Origin: Octopus sinensis
Taxonomy: Eukaryota
Reading direction: 5' to 3'
NCBI RefSeq assembly: GCF_006345805.1
Contig: NC_043018.1
Span: 4,092,001 to 4,156,000, forward strand
DNA: 64,000 bases
Shown: positions 48,601 through 60,900 of the stretch, one piece after another
Numbering within the stretch: the stretch's first letter is position 1
Layout of the letters: the number at the start of each line of letters is the position of its first letter
Translations under genes and position numbers: made by a program
The notes under the pieces: model-generated
What the model saw: only the letters and a program-made list of their open reading frames with translations
What the model was told of the DNA's origin: nothing
Database searches by the model: none

Positions 48601-51600
48601 TTTCATTCCACTCAGCAGACTTACAGACCATAAAAAAGGTCATAGACACTTCGTTTCCTCTTGTGACTAAGCCATGCTTCATCCTTCAATCTTTGCACTG
48701 TATTAATGATTTCCTTTTCTCCATAAGTAAATTAAAAGCTGTACTGCTAAGAACTGGTGCTGTGAACCAATCGGATAACTTCTTTAATTTCTTTCAATTG
48801 TTTATTTATTGATTACAACATGATGATATATTGTTAAACCCCGTTACGAGTCTCTGTGTTGCTAAACACCATTAGGATTACTTGTTTTACTCTTTCAGTG
48901 CTGCCGTTGACTATTTCACCTTTGTACTTACTGATACTAAGAGTAAGTTTACTTATGGATTCTGTCGACATGCTACTAGTGCTCAAACGTGCCTGTGTAT
49001 ACTCAGGTAAGTGAACCCATTCTGTTGTTGTTTATTAATAGTAGTGGGGAATGTTAGGAAGCAAATGTTACTAACCACTTTTGACTTCATCATATTCATG
49101 TTGCTTTTATTTTCTTAATTTTGGAAATATTGATTTTTAAAAATTTTCTTTTGCATCTCTCTCTTTCTCTCTTAACTGTTCTGTGTCCATATTTCTAATG
49201 AAATACAATGTGACATTTTGGCAGTTGTCTAACATATAGTTCCTATGGTGTTCATTCTAGCTCTCTGCTCTCAAATTCTGTCGAAGTCAACTTTATCAAC
49301 ATTGAGAGGATGAAAGACAAAGTACCAGTCTTGGACTGGAATTGATTCTTCTTTTTCTCTCCCCACTCTCTGTCTGTCAGTCTGTTTGCTGTCACTCCCC
49401 CTCTGGCCCCCTCTCTCTCTGGTAGAAATTGACATGTTCAGACCTGGAAAGAGTTGGGTGTTACCAAGTTTAGAATACCATGAACCTGCTCCTGTAACTC
49501 TACCAGGAGTTAAGGATCCATCATCATTACTTTGCCTATTTTTCTGAACCAATTCTGTTGAAAATAATTAATAATTAATAATTAACTAACTTCTCCATTA
49601 TTAAATTGACATTTAATACAAAGTTAACAAAAAGATTTCTTAATTACAGAGTAGGCCAAAAGTCATGCACAAAATAAGTCCAATACACTCTGGAATTGTC
49701 AAAGACATTCTTCAATTTTTCTAAAATTGAATAGAATAAAGGAATGATGAATACATATGTACATGATGAATGAAATTGATAATAAGAATAAGAATAACAT
49801 AATGTAAATAAAATGCCAAATGCTTTGGTGTGTAACTTTTGGCTCACCCTATATTATGATAGATTTAAATATAAACAATTTACAAAGGATGGTGGTCTTA
49901 TGCCATAGAACCAGGGAAGGTGGTTTCTGGTAGGTTAAGATCAAAAGGTTATCTGCTCTTCGTTATTGTAATCTGATGTTCTTTGTATTTCATTTATTTC
50001 AGTTCCCTTCCTTGGTATGAGATCTTCTACCGTTTCCTCAATCTACTTGCCGAAATCAGTAACCGCACTGAAAAGAATGATGTTACTTTGCTTCTTAATG
50101 AGGCGTACAAGCTTGATTTACCTGAACCTTGTAGTCAGGTGACAATTGTAGCCCAGGAAGAGGTAAACAAAAACTTATTTTTGTTGGTGTTGTTGTTGTT
50201 GGTGATTAACCTCAGCTGAGTCCTGATATGATCCAAAGGCATTCTACTTGTGACTGTCATGCCTTTGTGCTTATCAAGGCCTACATTGCTCAATGTATAT
50301 ATCTTTACTTATAACCCCAGCATGATTTGAGGGAAATTTTGGTTTTATTTCTAGTAGGTCAAGTGACTGCATAGGTTGTGTGGTTGTTGTTGTTGTTGTA
50401 GATTATGTGTAGCCAAATCTGTTTGAATGTCTCGGTGACATGGCAGTCATGGGTGACTATTTGAGGGTTACTCACAAACCCAATACATCAGGAATATGTT
50501 ATGTTCTAATCTAGTTTGTGGACCAAATTTTAAAATTTCTTCATTCAGTTTTAGGACATGGTACAGTGAATCTGTTTTTTGCTCTTGTTGTGAATCATTT
50601 TTTTTTGCAATACATAAAAGGTACCCAATCTGGTGACATGTAAGAGGCACTTGTGCTAGTGACACGTATGAGGCACCCTGCCAGTGACACGTACAAGGCA
50701 CTTGTGCCAGTGACACATACGAGGCACCTGTACTGGTGACATGTGAAAGGCACCCAGTACATTCTGTAAAGTGGTTGGCATTAGGAAAAGCATCCAACCA
50801 TAGAAACCAAGCCAAAATAGATGACTGAAGCTTGATGCAACACTCCAGCTTACCAGCTCCAGTCAAACTATCTAACTCATGCCAGCATAGAAAATGGCCA
50901 TTAAATGATGATTTTTGTTTAGTCAGAAGATTAAAGCAGTTCCCACAACCTTTTACAAGACCCTCAAACTGGCTAAAGGGAGGAAGGTTAAACTGGCGAC
51001 TTGGCCCCAATGCTTGCAACAGAAAGGGCTTCACTAAAAGCACACAAGGTGCCAAGTGATGGTATTCAACTGGGTGAGGAATTAAGTCTATCACCCAGAA
51101 TGTGCAATGCCAGAGCTAATACTGCAAGGCATCTGATTTGCCTCTCTAACAGTTCTGCCAATTTAAAGTTGGGTTGGAACATTGTTTTTGTATATCTGAA
51201 GTTGGTTGGTAATAATTGCAACAAACATAGGTGCAGATATGGTTGTGTGGTAAGAAGCTTGCTTCCCATTTACATGATCCTGGGCTCAGTCCCATTGCAT
51301 AGCACCTTAGGCAAGTGTCTTCTACTAAAGCCTGTGGCTAATCAAACACTTGTGAGTCGATTTTGTTAAACTAAATGAAGTTTGTTGTGTGTGTGTGTGT
51401 GTGTGTACATGCATGTCTTTGCGTTTTCCCCTACCATCACTTGACAACCAGTGTTGGTGTGTTTACATCCCCATAAGTTCATGGTTTGGCAAAAGAGATC
51501 AACAGAATAAGTACCAGGCTTTAGAAAAAATAAGTACTGTGCTTAATACATTTGACTAAAAAATCTTCAAAGTGGTGCCCAGCACGGCTGTTGTCTAGTG

Positions 51601-54600
51601 ACTGAAACAAGTAAAAAATAAACAACGAGATGCATACTGAAATTGAACTCTGTCATCATCTGTTAGTGTTGATTTTCTCTTGGATGTTATATATACATGC
51701 TACAGGAGGCTGCTAACACCTCGTCTGATCCTGGAATGGAAACAGCTGTTGTGGGTAATTTTAGCAATAATATATACACATATAGTTTGCATTTGTCTGG
51801 AATAGCTAAGAGATGAAGTGATTTTGTATTTATTTTTAATAGCAGACAGTAGTTGTAATAAGACATAATGGCTGGATGTCAGTGTTTATAATAATGCTGT
51901 GTGGTCACTTGTCCTGCTAGAAATATCAACTAAATCTCCATCAAATCAAATGCTATCATCAAAACAAAAAGCAAAAGGGGAGGGGAGCATTGTGCAGTGT
52001 ACTACAAGTAGAAAAAAGACAGCTCTTGGTTGATATGCTCAGGCTCATAAGTGTACTCAGGGCTGCTTTTGGGCTAAATGACATCTCACACAAATATATA
52101 TTTCTTTACTACCCACAAGGGGACAAACAAGGACAGACAAAGGGATTAAGTCGATTACATCGACCCAGTGCAAAACTGGTACTTTATTTATCAACCCCGA
52201 GAGGATGAAAGGCAAAGTCGACCTCAGCAGAATTTGAACTCAGAGCATAACAACAGACAAAATACTGCTAAGCATTTCACCCGGCGTGCTAACCACTCTG
52301 CCAGCTCACCACCTTCATCTCAAACAAATATAGAGAAGTAATATTGACATCACCCTACTATATATGGAAACTCCTAATTTTATTAACATGAGACAACACC
52401 TCACTATATATGCAAAAGTTGTGGTGTGTTATAAGAGGTTTGTTTTGCAACCACATGCTTCCCGGTTCATTTCGCTATTTAAGTCACTGAAGCATATATA
52501 AATCAAACTATTTCTTTAAACAAATTTTTAGTATAATATTCATTATTTATTGAGATAACTAAAGCTGGTTCATTTTTTTAAAAATAGATTTGAAAAAAAA
52601 ATTGTGTAGTAAAAAGCTTGCTTTCCAATTCTATGGTTTTAGGTTCAATTCCACTGCATGGTACCTTGGGCAAGTGTCTTCTGCTACATCTTTGAACCAA
52701 CCAAAGACTTGTGTATGAACTTGACATGCAGAAGCTCCATCTTATGTATACATGTGTGTTAGTATGTGTGAAAGTGCTTATGTTTGCCTTAATAGATTTC
52801 TCCACCTCCTCCTGTTTTATGTCTGTTTGCTTCACATTGTTCCCAGTGTAAGTATGGATCTTCTTCCTAATACACAAATGGTACCTTTTGCTTGTCTGTG
52901 AATATGGAATGGTAAAAATTCTTAAATACAAGCCTCACCTTCCCAAGGTTAGGTGTAGGGTTAGCAGGCCCTGCCACATAAGAAGGTTTCTTGTGAAGAA
53001 AATTTAACAGGAAGCAAAACAAAGTTAATTGTATGAGGCAAAGGAGGCTGCCTATCTTAGGAGCTAATGTTATCTTTTGACTTAAGTTCTTGTACTGCTC
53101 TGTTCTCCTCTTATAAACCGACGAAAAAAAAAAATTGTCACTTGGATGAAAAAATTATTTTGAAAATTTGTTTTGTTTAAAATTGTTGCTTTTTCTTATT
53201 GCTAACAACTCAGCATTTTTGATTAACAAACAGTTGCTAAACCTGTTTGTCAGCCAGGCAAACTGAGAAATGTCTTGTGTAATGTTTCCCAGCTGTTTAT
53301 CATAATTTTTGATACTTTGAATCCATACTGAAACCTCGTGTGCAGCCTTCAATCTTTCATACAGCTTATGAATCATATATTTTGTAAATTAAAATGACTT
53401 TTAGCATTTTGATGTGCACTGACCAATACACTGTCTTGCAGCTTAGAAGGAACATTGATACTGAAGCAAGCCTTTGTTCTAGAACCCTCACTGACTGAAA
53501 TAGTAAGGTTTGAAATCCTGATTATATGGACATGGTTCAGTGTGTTACTGTCATTGCTATTATACTAAGATAAAATTTTTTCAAAATCTTACGAAACCAA
53601 TTACGTTTTCAATAGTTTTATTTTACCAATGAATTTGCTGATTGTATTTATTTAACTGAAAGTGTTATTAATATTAGTTTCAAATTTTGGGACAAGGCCA
53701 GCAATTTTGGGGGAGGAGCTAGAGGATTACATTGACCCCAGCATGTAACTGGTACTTATTTTATCAACTTTGAAATATGAAAGGAAAAGTTGACCATGGC
53801 AGAATTTGAACTCAGAACATAAAGACAGATCAAATGCTGCTAAGCATTCTGTCTGGTATGCTAATGATTCTGCCATCTTGTCGCCTTAACAAAGTTACTA
53901 ATATTTTTGAAGTCATTATAAGAACTAGTTTGTGAGTTAATCACCAAGCCCACCTAACACTTGATGGATCTCAAACCACGTATCAACCTGTAAGTGGCTT
54001 TGCTATTTTTGGGGGGTGGGGAGGGGGTCTCTGATATGGGGTGCATAATGTTTTACGTCATTTACTTGAAAATCTTTACTTTTAATTCGGAATTTACTTT
54101 GCAAGGTGATTTCATGTGGCAGACATGAAACTAAAATGGTACACATTGTTATGTTGGACATTAACACCAAACAATATATTGAATCTCATCATTTGTGTTT
54201 GTTGTTTTCTCTTGTTTCATAACGAGGGTTTATCATATCTAATGTTGTTTATATTAAAATCTTTGCTGTTTATTCATAATTTGGTAATGTTTTCTCTTTT
54301 TTCAACTCTCTTTTTTAGATGTTTACTTTCACTGCTCCTGATCCAAATAAACTCCCCAGCATTCCAGCGAGTGTGAGTAATCACAAAAAAGCTTTCTCTC
54401 TCTTCTACTGCAGCTGATATTCTTTTCAATTTTGACATCCACAAAAAAACTATTTCTCTCTTTTTTCTCTTTTACAGTGTTTTTCTTTCCTTTCAGTTTT
54501 CAGTCTTGCTATATTATTTTGTCTTTGACACACTCTCATCATTGCATCATCACCTTGCTCATCCCCCAGTCTCACTCATCTCCTGCATCACCTTTGCCCC

Positions 54601-56039
54601 ACTCCACTGCCCTCACCTGTCACGTCATCATCGTTACCCCATCACTGTTGCCCTATCATGTCTCACTCAACTCTCTCTCCTCTTTGCCCTCACTCCCTTA
54701 CCCCCATCACCTTCCTCCTCCCTTACCCCACATATTACCCCTACGTTTCCCTTCCCCCTCTCACATCTCCCTTCCCCCACATCTCCCTTCCCCCCACATC
54801 TCCTTTCCTCCACATCTCTCGTCTCTGCCCTCCTAATTTCTCTCCTTACTCCCACGTCACCTCCTGCTGTTTAACGAGGTAAACTGTTCCTTGTTATATT
54901 TTTATTTGAAGTGAAGTGAACTGGTTAGTTAGAAACAATGTTGCACTGGCAATTGATTGCAAAATGAAATCCCCTATGGTCCTCTCTGTCACCCTCTTCC
55001 CGGACCAACCAGCCAGCAGTTATATAAGTGGCCAGTTGGGACAGACTCATTGTGTGCCAATAAGCTTTGTTGTTTTCTCCAGGTCAACCATAATGAAGCA
55101 TACCCATGATAGAAAAGGCATTCCAACTCTGATCATTCCATCTGTTTAGGGCAGTGCTTCTCAACCAGGATCCATATGACCCTTTGTTGTCTGTATGAGA
55201 TTCTTGTGGGGATCTACACAAGCAAAAAAAAAAAAAAAAATCAACAGTTGTATTTTCTGGGTCTGTGAAAAAGTTTTCCTTAGATGTATTTATGGCAAGA
55301 AACATCTCTCATGATTCATATAATTCATCGCACACAAGTTAATGTGTGATAAACAAAATAGGAATTTTGAAACAAGTCTCTATAAAATTAGTTTTTACAT
55401 ATCGAATGGCTATGGGGGTCCACTAGAATAACATAGTAATCAAACGGGTCTACAGGTAAAAAATGGTTGAGAACTACTGAGGGGTTTCTAAGATGACAAT
55501 ACCCAATGTCCTTACAGTTTATGACTTAGGGATGTGATTTGAGAGCAGTTTGGCTGTTATTTTTGACAATTCAAATGACCATAAAGAAGCTTTATTGAGT
55601 TAACCTCTAAAATATTAGCTAAAATATTAACTTCTAAAATATCTATATTATTTGTCTGTTGCTGACCACATGGAGTTTTATATACATATATTAGGTGTGT
55701 CTGTGTGGTTGATAAACTTACTTTGCGACCACATGGTTTTGGGTTCAGTCCTGCATGACACCTTAAGCAAGCAACTTCTACAATAAATCTGGGCCAACCA
55801 ATGTCTTGTGAGTGAATTTCATAGACAAAAATTGTGAATTCCTGTTGGGTGTGTATCTTTGTCCCTCTACTCCACCACTTGACAACGAGTGTTGGTTTCT
55901 TTACATTCCCATAAGTTTGTGATTCAGAAGAAGCGACCAATAAAATAAATACCAGACTTAACAGAAGAAAAGTACTGGGGTTCATTTGGTTTACTAAACC
56001 CTTCAATGTGGTGGGCACAGGTCCAATGACTGAAACAAG

Positions 56040-56122
<83 letters not shown>

Positions 56123-57873
56123 AATAATAATAATAATTTGAGGGAATATTCAGGGAATAATTCAATTTAGAAATACTAAATCAAATTTCACAATATATAT
56201 ATATAAAAATTAGAAAAAACCACCTTTTATCAATTCAAAATGAACAATTAAATTACACCATCTTGAAAATTACATATAATAGAAATATTCAAAATAAAAT
56301 AACAATAATATACTGATGATTAAGTAATGTGCAAAATAATAAATAAAATGTATATATTTGGTAGAATACCAACATGTATTTTGTGGCTATATTTAAGAAA
56401 GGATTATAGAAAAAAAATTAGTAGTAGTAGTATAATCACTTCGATATAAATATAGCAACTCATCAGGTAAAAAAATAAACTACAATAATAAAATAATTAA
56501 TAAATATACATAAAAAATCTTTTAAAAAATAAATATATTCTTTAAATATATATATATATATTAGAAGGTTTGGAGGTGATGTACAGATATTATATATTAG
56601 AAAAAAATAAGGTATTCAGAGATCTGGATGTTTGTACATATACAAATATTTATTAACATGTCATATGTTTTTACAAATTACATATTTTCATCTACTCTGA
56701 TAGATTCTTCAGATTTAAATTGTGTGAAGGGATTTGTCTCTTTTTATAATATTAGTGAATGGATTGGGGTGGAGAGAGATGGGGGGAAAGAAGAGTAATG
56801 TGGAGTTTAATGGGTAGGAAAAGAGGGAGAGGAATGGAGAGATAGTGGAGGGAAGAAGTTTGTGTATGTGCCTGTGTATCTGAAAGGAAGTGTTTTGAAC
56901 AGGAGATAAAGAAAAAGAATATTTTTAAGTAGGTGGCTGGAACAGATGCTTACTGTGGTTTAGCCAGCTCACCAGGGGGTCTGAAAGAAAAATGTTTTCA
57001 AAGCCAGAAAATGTGTTTTTTCTTAATGTCAATGGAAAATAGAAAGAGAGAAATTGGTCAGTTCTTTCAATAGAAGATGACAAGCGGATTCTGTAAAAAT
57101 GGCAAGACCAGGTGGTTACTCTAAGGGAGGTCTATTTTGGTGAGGAATAATGAAAGTTATTTTCCAAAAAATTGTCTGGACTTATCATCATCATCATCAT
57201 CATCATTGTCCAGTGTTTGATTCCCATTCCTGTATGGGTTGGAAAATCTGGATGCAAGAATGTCTCTATTTATGTATACACACACACACACATATATGCA
57301 TATATCTTAGGGTTCCAGATGGGTTTATAAGGAAGTTGATGTGATTTTCATATCTTCAGCCATTCAGTTTGGGGGAGAACTTTATGAAATTCCATATATT
57401 TTCTGAAGAAGGTGTCATTCCATGGGCATTTATAGAAGGGAAAGATCTTGAATCTTCCTTCTCCACATGTTTCTAAGTGTTTACTCAGTGGAATCTTTCG
57501 CACTTCCTCCTGTTGGACATGTTGTCAGTGAATTCTTGCTCATTGGCATAAAGAATTTCCAGTTTCACCTATATAGTTCTCCTTGCATGTGGGACATGTT
57601 ATGCAATGTATTAAGTTTTGTGTCTTGCAATTCATATTTGTCCACTCTTAAATTTTATTTGTTTGTTTCCTAATGTTTTATTTATATCCCTGGTTTTATT
57701 TTTTATTCAAGTTTTTCCCATAACTGTACCCAATCTATTTGTCGAATTCGTTCAGCTCTTATTCTGTTTTATTCCATACGTTCCTCTATACGCATGAATG
57801 TATGTGTGTATGCATGTATGTATGTATGTATGTATGTATGTATGTATGTATGTATGTATGTGTATATATATAT

Positions 57874-57904
<31 letters not shown>

Positions 57905-60900
57905 GTATATAAATATGTATTATAGATAGATAAATAGATAGATAGATAGATAGATATATGTGTGTGTACGTTTGTATGCATGTATATACATATATATATA
58001 TATATATAGATAAATTGATACGTTTATTCACATACATATGTGCATAAATACTCTCATATACACATTATTCATAACTCTTTCTCTCATTCTTTTGCCCTCA
58101 TCTTTACTTTCTTCCTTCTTTCACCTCACTGCTCTTCCTATTTCCATTCTATTTTCATTTCTTTTCCTCCAAATTTCAATATATCTCATGCAAAACCCAT
58201 CTTCTTACAATTATCTATATTACGTTAAAATACATTCACAATGCCGGATTCCCATACACTCCATATCTCCTTTAGAATTGAATATTTTAAACATACACTG
58301 TGTAACTAAGACAAGCACATAGACCTACGTGCAACTACACGGTACATATTATCTTTTTATACACATTTCCTCAAAATTCTAGACATATTGTTTAATTCTC
58401 ACCTTTTCAGATATTTTCGTTTTCTGTTCTGCTTTCTCTGTTTATTTATATCAGGCTTTTGTGAATATATATTATTTGTTTTAAATTTCCATTCCTCGCT
58501 ATTAACGTAAACATTTTTTCCCGAAAACATTCTATGTTCAAAGTCATTCTCTCTCACCCTCTCTCATACAAACAAATATAAAAGCAATTAATATTGATGT
58601 GTGGTAGAGAAAAAAACGAGGATGTGTTAGCAGGAGTGCTGCGTACCCGATACAGGTATCATCTGTGTGTGATTATATATTTGGAGATGAGGCTACTGCA
58701 GATCCCACATCTACTATATCCACATTCTTTCACAAAGAATTCGGTTTCATACTCTGATGAGAAGTTTGCTCTTATCAGTTGTTTTTTCAGGTTTTTCTCT
58801 TAGAGTTTACTGCTTCTTTTGCAGTATTTGTTTAATAAAATTTCTCATTTTGGGGCTTTACATGACTATTGGTAAGTTTGATTGTATAATTTGAAACGTG
58901 TTGGTAACTCCAGGGTTGTGTGTGTTTATGAATGGGACAATGTTTTCTTTGTTTTTCTTTTTTTGAGTTCTGAGTTGTGCGATGTCCAGTTTCATTGCTC
59001 TTGAAATTCCGGTTTTTATTAATTTGAGTGGGTATTTCTGTACTAGTAGGAAGTTTTTAAGTTCATTTAGTCTTTCACTTGCTCTAGGACATTGGGTGTG
59101 TCTTGGCAAGTGATTGTAGCAAACAGGCAGACTAAAAGTAAATAACAATAATAATGATAATAACAACATCCCTTTTTGGTATAGGCACAAGGCCTGAAAT
59201 TTGGAGGGAGGGACCTAGTTGATTTCATACACCCTAGTATTTGACTGGTATTCTATCAACCCCAAAAGGATTGGAGGCAAAGTTGACTTTCGTAGAACTT
59301 GAACTCAGAATGTAAAGCTGCTAAGCATTTTGTCTAGTAAGCTAACAATTCTGCCAGCTGACAGCAATAATAGTAAAAATGGTTTCAGATTTTGGTACAA
59401 GGCCAGCAACTATTGCGGTGGGGGTGGTGCTAGTCAATTAAGAATGTTTCTGTTTAAGTACAGGGCCAGCAATTTTGATGGGTGTGGAGTTAGTTGATAT
59501 CATTAACCCCAGTAATAGAGTGGTACTTTATTTTATCAACCTGCAGAAGGATGAAAGTCAAAGTTGACCTTGGCAGCATTTGAACTCAGAATGTAAAAGA
59601 CCTGGAAGAAATATTACAAAGTATTTTGTCCTGTGCTTTAATGTTTTGTTAATTAATACCAATTAATACCAATGTTGGTACTAATTTGATTTAGGATCAA
59701 ATGAAAAAACTTTAGTCACTGTGTCTGATAAGCTAGCCCTGACTTTAAAGACAGTTTTAAATTGCTAGTGTGTTTGAGTGTTTTATTTTGCTACTATAAT
59801 GTACTATAGAACATGTTGGTAGAATTTTTACCTAACACTGTTCTAACTAATGTAAACAGCTTCTCTCTCTCTCTCTCATGTGTGTGGTGTGTGTGTGCCT
59901 GTGTTAACTGTTAAAATATTGATATAAATGATATTAAACATTTTAGCAGTTAATTTATTTAAAGTTCTTTTTCACATTACAAATATTGAACCAAGAGAGG
60001 ACACCTTGCTATATTGGACATTAGTCAAATAACCTATTCTGCTAGTGCTAAGGGGTTAATAAATTATCTTTTGGATATAGAATAGTAGAGTTAAAACACC
60101 AGTTAATCAGCAGTGTTTTTGGTGGCTTGTGGTTTTGAAACCAGCCTTTTAAGTTTTGAAAGTTACTCTTCCCTTTAATCATGAGTATTAATCACTCATT
60201 GGTAGATGCCCTAAATAAAGGAGAAGTCAAGAAATTGAACTTATTTAAATTTTCTTTTTATTTTTTTTACAAGTATTATTTTTCCAAATTATTGAAAAAT
60301 GCAACCTAATTTTTTATTATTAAAATTTTCAGCGAAATTTAACAGAATATTACAATGCAATGGATACCAGGAATATGGTTAAGATATTTGCAAGGTAATA
60401 TCTTTATTTTTAGTTGTTTTTTTTATCTGATGTTAAATTTAAATTTATACCAGCTGTAGAAACATTGCCAGATAAGACCGGAGCCTGGTGCAGCCTTCTG
60501 GCTTCCCAAATCCCCGGTGGAACCGTCCAACCCATGCTAGCATGGAGAACGGACGTTAAATGATGATGATGATGTTGATGATGATGTGTATGGTCAAATG
60601 GACAGTGTTACTGGATAACGAAGCTGGAATGATCACCATCATGATTATCATCACCAGCACTATCGTCATCATCAACATTGTCACCCTAATCGTCATTTTA
60701 CACTTGTTTTCCACTGTTATATGTTGGGTAGTTCAACTGGATACAACTGGTTGGAGGACCATGCCTTGCTCCAATGTCTTAGTTTTGGCAGAGTTTCTAC
60801 ATTTTACCATGTATATCTTTCTTAGCACTGAGCAATTTACAGAGTGTATTGGATGCATTTTTTCATGGCATCAACACTAAATGGGTTGCTTTGCCATCAA

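Noticed and set aside
56560-56720. Possible eroded PLE endonuclease end (KICNL...)
   Set aside because: Too short and interrupted by stops to support.
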